Assembly (NCBI GenBank): GCA_963829055.1
Contig: CAWHHI010000016.1
Coordinates: 256,001 to 320,000 of the forward strand
Direction: 5' to 3'
Length of the DNA stretch: 64,000 nucleotides
Origin: an uncultured Gemmatimonadaceae bacterium
GTDB taxonomy: Bacteria; Gemmatimonadota; Gemmatimonadetes; Gemmatimonadales; Gemmatimonadaceae
A program made the position numbers and the translations under genes. Under the pieces are notes generated by a model, which was given only the letters and a program-made list of their open reading frames with translations, did not search any database and had not been told where the DNA came from. Shown here piece by piece: positions 33,723 to 44,476 of the stretch (its first letter is position 1; every line of letters starts with the position of its first letter).

Positions 33723-34738
33723 TCCTCGGCGAAGACGCGCCCGGCGGCCTCATGGCATCGTACGCTCGCGGCTTCACCGAGTGCGGCGCCGACGTGCGCA
33801 CGTTCTGCCTTGCGCGCACGTACGGCGCCGTCATGCCCGCTCTCCCGTCACGCGCGTTGCGGCGCCTGGCTGAGCCCGTGCTGCTTCGCGCGTTCAACGA
33901 GAAAGTGACGCGTGAGGCAGGCGGGATCGTCGCGGATCTCGTGTTCGTGATCAAGGGCCATCGGCTGAGCGCGACAACGATAGATGCCGTACGTGAGTCC
34001 GTCGGCGCGCCTGTCGTCAACTTCTATCCCGACGATCCCTTCTCGAACGAGCGCTCGAATCGCCTGGCGTATGGTCCGGATGTGCTCGCGGCGTACGACG
34101 CGTGCTTCACGTTCGCGCGCCATCTCGTCCCGGCGTACGAGAAGGCGGGAACGCAGTCGGTGCACTACCTGCCATTCGCGCGCGATCCAAAGTTGCACGC
34201 GCCTGTTGCGGAGTCAGGCCCGCCAGCATTCGACGTCGTGTTCGTTGGGAATCTGGATGACGTCCGCGTTAGGTTCCTCGACGCGCTGGCGACGGACTAT
34301 CGTGTGGCCGTGTTCGGCGAGCGGACGACCGCGACCGTGCCGCGATCACGAGCGCTCGCACGCGCGACGTTCGGGCCGGCGGCGTATGGTGCCGACCTCG
34401 CGCGCGCCTTGGCGAGCGGCGCGATCTCGCTCAACGTCATGCGGCGCCAGAACGCGCACAGCCATAACATGCGCTCGTTCGAGTCGCCGGCATGTGGCGC
34501 GTTCACGCTGAGTCAGCGAACTCCGGAGCTGACGGAGCTGTTTGCCGAAGGCGAGGAAGTGGTGTGCTTCGGGACGGAGGACGAGCTGCGTGAGGCCGTC
34601 GCGCGCTGGCGCGCAGATGCGAAGGGGCGTGCTATCGTCGCGCGCGCTGGCTACGAGCGCGTTCGCGACGACACGTACGCTCGGCGCGCCGGCACAATCC
34701 TCGAGCGAGTCGGCCTGGTGACCGCGGTGGCGTCTTGA
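33710..34738 (+). CDS. CgeB-like glycosyltransferase
   Basis: FYPDDP, YLPFA.DP..H, DVVFVG, ISLN, NMRSFESPACGAF, TYARRA. Confidence 0.85.
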   Translation: MRVLILGEDAPGGLMASYARGFTECGADVRTFCLARTYGAVMPALPSRALRRLAEPVLLRAFNEKVTREAGGIVADLVFVIKGHRLSATTIDAVRESVGAPVVNFYPDDPFSNERSNRLAYGPDVLAAYDACFTFARHLVPAYEKAGTQSVHYLPFARDPKLHAPVAESGPPAFDVVFVGNLDDVRVRFLDALATDYRVAVFGERTTATVPRSRALARATFGPAAYGADLARALASGAISLNVMRRQNAHSHNMRSFESPACGAFTLSQRTPELTELFAEGEEVVCFGTEDELREAVARWRADAKGRAIVARAGYERVRDDTYARRAGTILERVGLVTAVAS

Positions 34739-36021
34739 TGGGCGCGACCGATGTGGAACCGACGCGAGCCGCGGTGCGCGCATCGGCCCCGAGGCGGCTC
34801 GCGATCTTCACGTCGCATCCGATTCAGTATCAGGCGCCACTGTTCCGCGCACTCGCCGCGTCCGGTCGTGTCGAGCCCACCGTGTACTTCGGATCGAGAC
34901 ACGGCGTCGATGTGTCGATGGACACCGGGTTCGGCACAGCCTTTCGCTGGGATGTTCCGCTGCTCGAAGGGTACGAGCACCTGTTCCTCCCTAACGCGGC
35001 GGCGAAGCCCAATGTCTCGCGGTTCAACGGCGTCCGCCTCAGGAGCCCGGGCGAAATTCTCGCGGCAGGCCGTCACGACGCGCTGCTCGTGCTTGGATGG
35101 CAGACGCGCGCGCATATACAGATGCTGCGCGCGGCGTGGCGCCTGAACATTCCCGTGATGATCCGCGGTGAATCGACGTTGCAGCGCTCTCCGTCCGCCG
35201 GCGTGCGAGCGTTGGCGCGACGGTTCATGTGGTTGCCGGCGCGGCAGCGCGTCTATCGCGCGGCGTTCGACCGGGTCGACGCGTTCCTCGTCATCGGAAC
35301 TCGGAATCGCGACTACTATCGCGCGTTCGGCGTGCCTGACGAGAAGTTCTTCTGGGCGCCGTACGGCGTGGACAACGACTGGTTCTCACTGTCGGAGCCG
35401 GCACGCGGGTTGGCGCGAGACCGCGTCCGACGGCAACTCGACGTGAGCGATGCGAGCGTCGTATTTGCGAGCTCGGCCAAGCTCATCGCGCGCAAGCGTC
35501 CCTTCGATCTCGTGGACGCCGTCGCGACCGTGCGACGCAGGGGCGTCGACGCCCGGGCACTGTTCATCGGCGATGGCGAAGAGCGTGCGGCGATCGAAGC
35601 GCACGCCCGTAGAGCAGGGATTGCGGAGTTCACTCGGATCGCGGGGTTTGTGAATCAGGCTGAGCTACCGGCGTGGTACGCTGCGGCCGACGCACTTGTA
35701 CTTCCGTCCGATTCGCGCGAGACGTGGGGGCTCGTGGTCAACGAAGCCATGGCGGCCGGGTTGCCGGTCGTCGTCAGTGACGCCGCGGGCTGTTCGGTCG
35801 ACCTCGTCCGCGAAGGCGAGAACGGGTTCACGTATCCGTGTGGCGACGTCTCCGCGTTGGCTGAACGCCTCTTCTCGATCGCATCGCTCACGGGCGACGC
35901 ACGGCGTGCGCTCGGCAACCGCTCGCGCGAGATCGTGTCGCAGTTTGGCATTAGCGTTGCGGCGAAGGCGACGATTGACGCGCTCGATACGGTTAGCGGT
36001 CACAGGAAACCCAAGCGATGA
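34738..36021 (+). CDS. GT4 glycosyltransferase
   Basis: SHPIQYQAPLFR, KLIARKRP, GFVNQ, LPS..ETWGLVVNEAMAAGLP. Confidence 0.9.
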   Translation: MGATDVEPTRAAVRASAPRRLAIFTSHPIQYQAPLFRALAASGRVEPTVYFGSRHGVDVSMDTGFGTAFRWDVPLLEGYEHLFLPNAAAKPNVSRFNGVRLRSPGEILAAGRHDALLVLGWQTRAHIQMLRAAWRLNIPVMIRGESTLQRSPSAGVRALARRFMWLPARQRVYRAAFDRVDAFLVIGTRNRDYYRAFGVPDEKFFWAPYGVDNDWFSLSEPARGLARDRVRRQLDVSDASVVFASSAKLIARKRPFDLVDAVATVRRRGVDARALFIGDGEERAAIEAHARRAGIAEFTRIAGFVNQAELPAWYAAADALVLPSDSRETWGLVVNEAMAAGLPVVVSDAAGCSVDLVREGENGFTYPCGDVSALAERLFSIASLTGDARRALGNRSREIVSQFGISVAAKATIDALDTVSGHRKPKR

Positions 36022-37523
36022 CCGCCATCCCGACTCAGCCGACACAGCCGCCGAACCCGTCGTCGATCATCGGCCTTCGCCTGCTGCTCATAGCGATCGC
36101 GTTGGTTCCGGTCGGCGCACTCGGGTTGCCATCGGAAGTTCCGCAGGAAGCACGCGTGATTGCGTCGCTCTGCTGGGTGCTGTGCCTGGTACCGTCGTGG
36201 CACTACCTGCGGTTGCCGGAACGTCGGCGACCGCCGGTGCCGTTTCTGCCGCTCATTGGCGCGGTCTACCTGTTCTACTACCCGCTGCACCTCGTCCTGG
36301 GCGCCAGTAGCGTCAATTATCTGTTTCGTCTCGAGCCAGCCTTCGACTACGACCGCCCTGTGCAGTACGTACTAGCTGGCTGGGTAGCGTTGCTGCTTGG
36401 CTACTATGGGGGCTCGTCGCTCCGCCTCCATAGCCCGTTCCGGGCCGTCAAACCCACTGATCTTGGAACACTCCGGTCGTGGGGAAAGCTCCTGCTGTGG
36501 GGAGGACTGTTCGTCGACGTCGTGCGTCAGGTCGTGCCGATCCCGATGGTGCTGCGCGGACTGCTCTACTTCACGTCGATGTTCTCGCTGCTCGGCATCT
36601 CGCTGCTCACCATCCTCGCGGTGCAGCACCGGCTTGGCCATCGAGAGCGGTGGGTGCTCTACGCCGGTATTCTCCTGACCGCCCTCCTCCGTGCGGGATC
36701 AGGGCTCATCTCGAACGTTGTGATCCTCGCGATCACGGTGTTCCTCGCGGTGTGGGCCGGTGGAGGCCGCCTGGGCTTCCGCTGGCTGGTCATCGCCGCG
36801 CTGAGCATGAGCGCGATGGTTGGCATGCGAAGCGTTGCCATGGAATACCGAGCACGGTCGTGGTTCGTGGAGACGCAGTTGTCGCTGCCGGGGAAGGCCA
36901 TGCTCATGGGCAAGCTGCTCGTTGACAAGGTGCAGACCGCGGGCGCCGTCGCGACCGTTCAGGACGGCTGGGGAATCGTCGCAGGCCGATCCGCCAATCT
37001 CGATCTACTCGCCGACGTCGTGCGTCAGACGGGCAGCACCGTTCCGTTCTGGGGCGGCGAGACGTATCTCTCACTCGTCGGATTCGCCATCCCCCGATTT
37101 ATCTGGCCAAGCAAACCAACGAAGACGTTGGGTCAGGACTTTGGGCATCGATACGGCTATCTCGATTCGTGGGACACGTGGACATCGATCAATCTTCCGT
37201 TCCTCGTTGAGTTCTACGCGAACTTTGGTGAGATCGGAGTGCTGATCGGCATGGTCATCGTCGGTGTGTTGTATCGCTTGCTGGACAACGACCTGAATCG
37301 CCCCGGGCAGCCATTGCAGGTCACGATCTGCAGCCTGGTGCTCCTCGTGCCACTGCTGAACATCGAGTCGGACTTCTCGCTCGTGTTCGGCGGGCTGTTC
37401 ATGAACGGTGTCGCGCTGTGGGGGCTGCTCATCGCGCTCTCGCAGTTGCCCGCGCGCCGGCGGCGTCGCTCGTGGCACGGCGGTGGAGCGCGTGCGCTCG
37501 GCACCGTTCCTGGAGGCTCGTGA
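36018..37523 (+). CDS. Polytopic membrane protein, Wzy polymerase/O-antigen-ligase-like
   Basis: About 10-11 hydrophobic segments, large late periplasmic loop with IPRFIWPSKP and EFYANFG..GV; embedded among GTs. Confidence 0.7.
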   Translation: MTAIPTQPTQPPNPSSIIGLRLLLIAIALVPVGALGLPSEVPQEARVIASLCWVLCLVPSWHYLRLPERRRPPVPFLPLIGAVYLFYYPLHLVLGASSVNYLFRLEPAFDYDRPVQYVLAGWVALLLGYYGGSSLRLHSPFRAVKPTDLGTLRSWGKLLLWGGLFVDVVRQVVPIPMVLRGLLYFTSMFSLLGISLLTILAVQHRLGHRERWVLYAGILLTALLRAGSGLISNVVILAITVFLAVWAGGGRLGFRWLVIAALSMSAMVGMRSVAMEYRARSWFVETQLSLPGKAMLMGKLLVDKVQTAGAVATVQDGWGIVAGRSANLDLLADVVRQTGSTVPFWGGETYLSLVGFAIPRFIWPSKPTKTLGQDFGHRYGYLDSWDTWTSINLPFLVEFYANFGEIGVLIGMVIVGVLYRLLDNDLNRPGQPLQVTICSLVLLVPLLNIESDFSLVFGGLFMNGVALWGLLIALSQLPARRRRRSWHGGGARALGTVPGGS

Positions 37524-38668
37524 TCAAGTCCGGCGCGCTTCCTCCGACTCTCGCCAGTGCCACCGACGCCGCAGAGGCACTCATCGCGCCCCGCGGAGCA
37601 CTCGCGACCGCGACGCTCGCCCCGGCCGGTGACGGGATCGCCTACGCCGCTCGGCTGATCCATCGGGCGATGTCTGATCTCGGCGGGCGCGAGCCGGCGC
37701 TCGTCGAGCTCGGGACCAACGCCACGGAGCACGTCGCGCTGCGCACGCGCGTGCATTTTTTCGCGAGGCTCGCTCGGCTGCAGAGTCTACGGCAGGTCAA
37801 CTGGCTGCTGTTCACGCACGTCGGCATCGCACGCGCGCAGCTGCGCGTGCCGAAACAGTTCCGTCGTCCGTACGCGGTGATGCTGCACGGCATCGAGGCC
37901 TGGAGCGCGACACTCGATGCCGACCGCCGGAGCGTGCTGCGCGAAGCGAGAGTGCGCATTGCGATCTCGCCGCACACCGCTCGTCGCGTGACGGCGGCGC
38001 ATCCTGACCTGCCGCCGATCGAGACATGTCTCCTTGCGTTGCTGCCGGATGAGGAGCAGCCGGATCGCGTGCCGGCCGACGTGCGCGTGGACTACGGACC
38101 TCACGCCGTCGTGATCGTCGGGCGCATGTCCGCCACCGAGCGTTACAAGGGGCACGATCAGCTCCTGCTCGCGTGGGCGCGAGTGGTCGCGGACGTTCCG
38201 GATGCGTCTCTCGTCATAGTGGGTCGTGGTGACGACGTCGCTCGACTACGCGCAAAGGCGGCCGCGCTCGGACTCGGGCGCAGTGTGAACTTCCCCGGCT
38301 TCCTGCCTGACGCGGCGCTGCGGGCCGTCATGCGGCATGCCGCCGTGTTCGCGATGCCGAGTCGCGGCGAAGGGTTCGGGCTCGTATACCTGCAGGCGAT
38401 GCGCGCGGGAATTCCGTGTCTGGGGTCGCGCGATGACGCCGCGAGCGATGTGATCATCGACGGCGAGACCGGCCTGCTCGTGCCGCGCCAGGATCCGGAG
38501 GCGATCACCGGTGCGCTGATTCGTTTGCTCACCGACGACGGTATGCGACACCGGATGGGAGACGCGGGGCGTCGCCGATTCGAGAACACGTTCACGTACC
38601 CGCGCTTCCGCGCACGCCTCGCGGGAATTCTCTCGCGTGCGTTCCCGACGCCGGGGAAGGACCGCTAA
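37520..38668 (+). CDS. GT4 glycosyltransferase
   Basis: LHGIEAW, VGRM...ERYKGHD, MPSRGEGFGLVYL.AM. Confidence 0.9.
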   Translation: MIKSGALPPTLASATDAAEALIAPRGALATATLAPAGDGIAYAARLIHRAMSDLGGREPALVELGTNATEHVALRTRVHFFARLARLQSLRQVNWLLFTHVGIARAQLRVPKQFRRPYAVMLHGIEAWSATLDADRRSVLREARVRIAISPHTARRVTAAHPDLPPIETCLLALLPDEEQPDRVPADVRVDYGPHAVVIVGRMSATERYKGHDQLLLAWARVVADVPDASLVIVGRGDDVARLRAKAAALGLGRSVNFPGFLPDAALRAVMRHAAVFAMPSRGEGFGLVYLQAMRAGIPCLGSRDDAASDVIIDGETGLLVPRQDPEAITGALIRLLTDDGMRHRMGDAGRRRFENTFTYPRFRARLAGILSRAFPTPGKDR

Positions 38669-38669
38669 C

Positions 38670-40565
38670 GTGTGCGGGATCGCGGCGGCACTCGGCGTGC
38701 GCGATGCGGAGCGCGTCATCGCGTCGATGTCGCGCGCGGTCGCGCACCGCGGGCCAGACGATGATGGCCACCAGAACCTGATCGGTCGCGATGGCGGAGT
38801 GCAGGGTGCCATCGCGCATCGCCGACTGTCGATTCTCGACCTGACGTCCGCGGGGCATCAGCCGATGATCTCCGCCAACGGGCGGTACACGATCGCGTTC
38901 AACGGCGAGATCTACAACTTCCGTGGGCTGCGGACGGAGCTGGAGCGAGAGGGCATCAACTTTTCGAGCAATGGCGACACAGCCGTGTTGCTCGAGGGCT
39001 GGGCCCGATTCGGTCCGGAGTTCGTGCGGCTGCTCGAAGGCATGTTCGCGTTCGTACTGTGGGACGAGCACGAGCAGGCGCTCTACGTGGCGCGCGACGC
39101 GTTCGGGATCAAACCGCTCTACTACGCACTCGCCGGAACGGGCTTGCTCGTCGCGAGCGAGGTGCGGGCGATCGTCGCGTCAGGCATCGTGCGCGGGCAG
39201 ATCGATCAGCAGGCGCTGGCGGGCTACCTGACGTTTGGCTCGGTTCCCGAGCCCGCGACGATCGTCGCGGGTGTCCGGGCGGTACCGGCAGGCGCGGTGA
39301 TGCGGTTCGACGTCGAGCACGCGTCGTTCCGCGAGGTCGACCGTCGTGGGCCCATCGCGTGGGACGAGGGGAGAGAGCCGGTGCGCGACCGGGCGACGGC
39401 GGCGAAGCTCGTCCGCGGCGCGCTCGAGCGATCGGTGACACGCCACCTCGTGAGCGATGTGCCTGTCGCCGTGTTTCTGTCCGGGGGACTCGATTCGTCC
39501 GTCGTGGCGGCGCTCGCGGCGCGTCATGCCGGCGCGGGCATCGACGGGTTCACCGTCTCGTTCGCCGAGCGACGCTTCGACGAGAGTGCGGTGGCGAAGC
39601 TTGTGGCCGACCGCCATGGGATCCGCCATCATGTGATCCCGTTAGGCGGCGCCGACCTGCTCGCCGCGCTGCCCTCTGCGTTCTCCGCGATGGACCAGCC
39701 GACGCTCGACGGGATCAACACGTATGTGGTCAGCGCGGCCGTTCGCGCTCACGGCGTCAAAGTCGTGCTCTCCGGCCTCGGCGGCGACGAGCTGTTCGGC
39801 GGCTACCCGAGCTTCCGACGCGCTCGTGCGCTGGCGCGGTATGCTCGCGTGCCCGCGCCCGCGCGGTCGCTCGCGGCACGCGTGGCGGCACGCGTGGGCG
39901 GCGTGCGAGCGGCGAAGGTTGCGATCGGCCTGCGATCGGGCGCACCGGCTCATGCGGCGTACCTGGCCTCTCGCACACTTTTCGGCGAGCGTCAGGTCTT
40001 CGCGTTGTGTGGCGCACGGCCATTGTCGGGCGAGAGCGCGCCTGGCGAGATGAGTCTCCTGCAGCAGGTGTCGTTGCACGAGCTCACGGGATACATGCGG
40101 AACACGCTGCTCCGGGATTCGGATGTGTTCAGCATGGCACATGCGCTCGAGCTTCGCGTCCCATTCATCGATGCGGAAGTCGCCGCCACGGCGTTCGGCG
40201 CGGCGGATAACCTCAAGCTGGCGAGCGGTACGTCCAAACCGTTGCTGGTCGACGCCACGCGGGACTTACTGCCTGACGAGGTCTGGAACCGGCCGAAGCA
40301 GGGTTTCGTGCTACCGTTCGCGGACTGGATGAGTGGTACGCTCGCGGCCGAGGTCGACGCCACGTTAGGTGATCGCGATCGCCTGCGAGCGCTCGGTATC
40401 GCGCCCGAAGCGGCGCGCATGGTGTGGTCCGCGTTCGTCAACCGCCAGGCCGGCGTGACCTGGTCCCGCCCCTGGTCGCTGTACTCGCTCGTACGCTGGG
40501 CGGTCGCCAACGGCATCGAAGACGTCGCGGCGGTCGACGCGCGCGCCGAGGTCGTGGCGACGTGA
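38670..40565 (+). CDS. asnB: AsnB-family glutamine amidotransferase, second paralogue
   Basis: GTG-CGIA, HRGPDD, GHQPM, FNGEIYNF, ARDAFGIKPLYY, FLSGGLDSS, SGLGGDELFGGY, KQGF. Confidence 0.93.
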   Translation: MCGIAAALGVRDAERVIASMSRAVAHRGPDDDGHQNLIGRDGGVQGAIAHRRLSILDLTSAGHQPMISANGRYTIAFNGEIYNFRGLRTELEREGINFSSNGDTAVLLEGWARFGPEFVRLLEGMFAFVLWDEHEQALYVARDAFGIKPLYYALAGTGLLVASEVRAIVASGIVRGQIDQQALAGYLTFGSVPEPATIVAGVRAVPAGAVMRFDVEHASFREVDRRGPIAWDEGREPVRDRATAAKLVRGALERSVTRHLVSDVPVAVFLSGGLDSSVVAALAARHAGAGIDGFTVSFAERRFDESAVAKLVADRHGIRHHVIPLGGADLLAALPSAFSAMDQPTLDGINTYVVSAAVRAHGVKVVLSGLGGDELFGGYPSFRRARALARYARVPAPARSLAARVAARVGGVRAAKVAIGLRSGAPAHAAYLASRTLFGERQVFALCGARPLSGESAPGEMSLLQQVSLHELTGYMRNTLLRDSDVFSMAHALELRVPFIDAEVAATAFGAADNLKLASGTSKPLLVDATRDLLPDEVWNRPKQGFVLPFADWMSGTLAAEVDATLGDRDRLRALGIAPEAARMVWSAFVNRQAGVTWSRPWSLYSLVRWAVANGIEDVAAVDARAEVVAT

Positions 40566-41734
40566 GAGCGCTGCACGTGATTCCATCCGCCGCCCCGGGC
40601 GACGGCGGGCCGAACCTCGCGGTGCGCGCAATCGCGCGTGGTCTTGTCTCCCGGGGCATTGACGTCACCGTCGCGACGACGAACGCGGACGGCGTGAGGA
40701 CGTTGCCGGTGCCGCTCGAGACTCCCGTCATCGACGAAGGTGTCGTCTATCGCTACTTCGCGCGCACCGTGCCCGGATCGTGGAAGTTCTCGTGGCCGCT
40801 CACTCGCTGGTTGTGGGCGAACGCCGGTGGATACGATGTCGTCCACGTACACGCGCTATTCTCGTACGCGACCATTCCAGGTTGTCGCGCTGCCGCGCAC
40901 GCGCCGGTGCCATACGTTCTTCGACCACTCGGAACGCTGAGCGAGTGGAGTCTCGGCCACCGCCGCTGGAAAAAGAAGCCGTACTACGCGCTGCTCGAAC
41001 GATCCCATCTCGAGATGGCAGCGGCCATTCACGTGACGTCGAATGCCGAAGCTGACGATGTCGCCCGCCTCGGCTACGGCGACCGCGCGCGTGTCATTCC
41101 GCTCGGCGTGACCGTGGACGACAAGCTGTGGATGGGTGCACGGCCCGTCGCCACCGAGCGGCCACTGCGGCTGCTGTTCCTGTCGCGTCTTCACGAGAAG
41201 AAGAACGTTCCTCTGTTGCTGCGCGCTCTCGCCAACGTCAGGAGCTCGGCGCGCGACGTGGAGTTGACGATCGCCGGAGACGGCGATCCGCGCTATCGCG
41301 CCGAGCTGTCCGCACTGACCGCTCAGCTCGGACTGGGCGAGCGCGTACGATTCATCGGCCACGTGGATGGGGAAGAGAAGAGACGGGTGCTCTCCGACGC
41401 CGACTGCTTCGTGTTGCCATCCGCGCACGAGAACTTCGGGATCGCTGTGGCGGAAGCGCTCGCCGCGGGACTGCCCGTAATCGTCACGCCGGGCGTAGCG
41501 CTCGCGCCTAACGTTAGTGACGCCGGCGCGGGACTCGTCGCGGACGCCACGGATGACGCGGTCGCCGCGGCCATCGCGTGGGCGGCGGACCACCCGGCGG
41601 CGCTCGTCGAGATGGGCCAGCGCGCGTGGCGTCTTGCACGGACGGACTTGTCCTGGGAGACCACGTGTGCCCGCCTCTCGGATCTCTACACGGAACTGGC
41701 GATGTCGCGCAAACGTCAGGGTCGTCCGGCGTGA
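40562..41734 (+). CDS. GT4 glycosyltransferase
   Basis: LHVIPS....GGP, FLSRLHEKKN, LPSAHENFGIAVAEALAAGLP. Confidence 0.9.
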   Translation: MRALHVIPSAAPGDGGPNLAVRAIARGLVSRGIDVTVATTNADGVRTLPVPLETPVIDEGVVYRYFARTVPGSWKFSWPLTRWLWANAGGYDVVHVHALFSYATIPGCRAAAHAPVPYVLRPLGTLSEWSLGHRRWKKKPYYALLERSHLEMAAAIHVTSNAEADDVARLGYGDRARVIPLGVTVDDKLWMGARPVATERPLRLLFLSRLHEKKNVPLLLRALANVRSSARDVELTIAGDGDPRYRAELSALTAQLGLGERVRFIGHVDGEEKRRVLSDADCFVLPSAHENFGIAVAEALAAGLPVIVTPGVALAPNVSDAGAGLVADATDDAVAAAIAWAADHPAALVEMGQRAWRLARTDLSWETTCARLSDLYTELAMSRKRQGRPA

Positions 41735-41820
41735 GCGCGCCCCCGGGTGCCGCGAGCGATACCGTCGCGAACGATCCCGATATTGCCTCCGAGCGCGACT
41801 GAAGCGCGGCGCGTGCGCCC

Positions 41821-42678
41821 GTGTCGGCGATCGTGCTGACCTATAACGAAGAGCGAAACCTCCCCGATTGCCTCGCGTCGCTGGCGGGTTGGGTGGAGCA
41901 GCTGTTCGTCGTCGATTCCGGGAGTACCGACAGGACCGTGGCGATCGCACGCGAGGCTGGCGCCGTCGTCATGGAGCACGCGTTCGAGCACTATGGCGCT
42001 CAGCGGAACTGGGCGATCGATCATCTGCCGATCGCATCGCCGTGGACGCTTCACGTTGACGCCGACGAGCGGATAACGCCGGAGTTGCGGGCGTCCATAA
42101 CGGCTGTGCTCGGCAAGAGCGACGGAAGTGCATCGTCGGTTGCGGGGTACCTCGTATCGCGCCGAACGATGTTCATGGGGCGCTGGATACGGCATGGGGG
42201 CCATTACCCCGCGTGGCACCTGCGGCTCACGCGAACGGGCGCCGGCCGGTGCGAGGACCGCCTCTATGACCAGCATTTCTACGTGTCCGGCGCGGTCCAA
42301 AAGCTGCATGGCGACCTCATCGACACGTTGACGCCTGACGTGGCGACGTTCACCGCGCGGCATTTGCGGTGGGCGGCGCTGGAAGCGGCGGAGCACGATG
42401 CACCCCCGGATGCGCGCGGGCGAATTCGTGGACGGCTGGGGACGGACAACGCCATCGAGCAGCGACGCTGGTTGCGAGATTGGTATGCCCGCTTGCCACT
42501 GTTCGTTCGGCCGACCATCTACTTCCTGTACCGTTATTTCGTTAGGCTCGGCTTCCTGGATGGGCGTGCCGGGCTCGTGTTCCATGTGCTGCAAGGCTTC
42601 TGGTTCCGGTTCCTCGTTGATGCCCTTATCCTCGAGCGCCGGCTTCGCCGGAAGGAGGCAGTGGCATCCAAGGAGTAG
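41821..42678 (+). CDS. GT2 glycosyltransferase
   Basis: IVLTYNEERNL, VVDSGSTDRT, QRNWA, VDADE, LGFLDG. Confidence 0.9.
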   Translation: MSAIVLTYNEERNLPDCLASLAGWVEQLFVVDSGSTDRTVAIAREAGAVVMEHAFEHYGAQRNWAIDHLPIASPWTLHVDADERITPELRASITAVLGKSDGSASSVAGYLVSRRTMFMGRWIRHGGHYPAWHLRLTRTGAGRCEDRLYDQHFYVSGAVQKLHGDLIDTLTPDVATFTARHLRWAALEAAEHDAPPDARGRIRGRLGTDNAIEQRRWLRDWYARLPLFVRPTIYFLYRYFVRLGFLDGRAGLVFHVLQGFWFRFLVDALILERRLRRKEAVASKE

Positions 42679-42680
42679 GC

Positions 42681-44462
42681 ATGGCGACGTATGTGCTGGG
42701 AATCAATGCGTACCACGGCGATGTCTCGGCCGCCCTCCTGCGCGATGGACAGCTCGTTGCGGCTGTCGAAGAGGAGCGCTTTCGCCGGATCAAGCATTGG
42801 GCTGGATTCCCTACACTCGCCATTCAGAGCGTCCTGGAAATGGCCGGGATCAGCGGCCGCGACGTCCGACACGTCGCCATCAGCCGAGATCCGAAGGCCA
42901 ACCTGCTGCGAAAGGGACTGTTCACGGTCAAGCATCGACCGGACCTCCGCCTCGTCCTCGATCGCGTTCGCAACGCGGGTAAGGTCCGCGACCTCCACGG
43001 CCCGCTGGCATCGGCGCTCGGCGTCCCGCGCGACGACCTGCCCAAGCTGCACTTCGTCGAGCATCACCCCGCCCATCTCGCGAGCGCGTTCTTCGTCTCG
43101 CCGTTCGAAACCGCGGCCTGCTGCGCCATCGACGGATTCGGCGATTTCGTGAGCACGTCGTTCGCGACGGGCATCGGCAATCATCTCGACGTGTTCGACA
43201 AAGTGTACTTCCCGCATTCACTCGGGATGATGTACACCGCGGTCACGCAATTCATCGGCTTTCACGGCTACGGCGACGAGTTCAAGGTCATGGGCCTCGC
43301 GCCTTACGGGCGACCAAAACACGTCGATGCCGTTCGCCAGCTCGTGACGCTCACGGATGACGGGAAGTTCGAGCTCGCGCTCGACTACTTTCGCCACTGG
43401 TCCGACGGCGTCGAGATGGAGTGGGACGATGGCTATCCCACGCTCGGCCGCGTGTACACCGATCGCCTCGGCGACCTGTTAGGCGCCGCTCGCGAGCCGT
43501 CCGCGCCGGTCACCGAGCGCGAAGAGGACATTGCGCACTCGCTGCAGGTGGTGTACGAGGAATGCGCGATGCACGTGCTCAACGGGCTCTGGGAGCGGAC
43601 GCGCCTCGACGCGTTATGCATGGCCGGCGGGTGCGCGATGAACAGCGTCGCGAACGGCAAGATCCGCAAACACACGCCATTCACGTCCGTCTACATCCAG
43701 CCCGCCGCCGGCGACAACGGCACGGCACTCGGCGCTGCGTACTATGTGTGGAACGAGACGCTCGGGTGTTCACGCGAATTCGTGATGGAGCACGGCTACT
43801 GGGGCACGTCTCATGAGGCGGAGCGGGTGGTGGCTTCGATCCCGTCGCGCGACGACGATTGGGTGTACGACGTCGAGGTATGCGAATCGAGTGCGGACGC
43901 CGCGCGCGTTGCCGCAGCGCTTATCGCCGGAGGGAACGTCGTGGGCTGGTATCAGGGACGCATGGAGTGGGGAGCGCGCGCACTCGGCAACCGCAGCATC
44001 CTCGCCGATCCGCGACGCAGCGACGTCCGCGAGTTGATCAACACGAAGATCAAGTTCCGCGAGCGGTTCCGTCCGTTCGCGCCATCGATCGCCGAAGAGG
44101 CGCTGCACGAGTTCTTCGAGGACGCCGCGCCCGACCCGTTCATGCAGCAGGTGTATCCGGTCCGCGCCGAGAAGCGCGCGATCATTCCCGCCGTGACGCA
44201 CGTCGATGGCAGCGGACGCCTGCAGACCGTGAGTGCGCGAACGAACCCGACGTACTACGCGCTGATCAAGGAATTCGAGAAGCTGACAGGCGTGCCCGTC
44301 GTGCTGAACACCAGCTTCAACGAGAACGAGCCGATCGTCGACACGCCGGAGCAAGCCCTCGACTGCTTCATGCGAACGCGCATGGACGCGATCGTGCTGC
44401 ACAACACGATCGTTCGCCGGCAGCCCGCGGAGCGCGACGTGCCCGTGGCCACCGCCCGCTGA
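42681..44462 (+). CDS. O-carbamoyltransferase (NodU/CmcH/TobZ family)
   Basis: LGINAYHGD.SAA, EEERF.R.KH, HHPAHLASAF, IDGFGD, KVMGLAPYG, GRMEWGARALGNRSILADP, FRPFAP, HVDGSGRLQTV, LNTSFN. Confidence 0.95.
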   Translation: MATYVLGINAYHGDVSAALLRDGQLVAAVEEERFRRIKHWAGFPTLAIQSVLEMAGISGRDVRHVAISRDPKANLLRKGLFTVKHRPDLRLVLDRVRNAGKVRDLHGPLASALGVPRDDLPKLHFVEHHPAHLASAFFVSPFETAACCAIDGFGDFVSTSFATGIGNHLDVFDKVYFPHSLGMMYTAVTQFIGFHGYGDEFKVMGLAPYGRPKHVDAVRQLVTLTDDGKFELALDYFRHWSDGVEMEWDDGYPTLGRVYTDRLGDLLGAAREPSAPVTEREEDIAHSLQVVYEECAMHVLNGLWERTRLDALCMAGGCAMNSVANGKIRKHTPFTSVYIQPAAGDNGTALGAAYYVWNETLGCSREFVMEHGYWGTSHEAERVVASIPSRDDDWVYDVEVCESSADAARVAAALIAGGNVVGWYQGRMEWGARALGNRSILADPRRSDVRELINTKIKFRERFRPFAPSIAEEALHEFFEDAAPDPFMQQVYPVRAEKRAIIPAVTHVDGSGRLQTVSARTNPTYYALIKEFEKLTGVPVVLNTSFNENEPIVDTPEQALDCFMRTRMDAIVLHNTIVRRQPAERDVPVATAR

Positions 44463-44476
44463 GGGAGGCGTCCGCG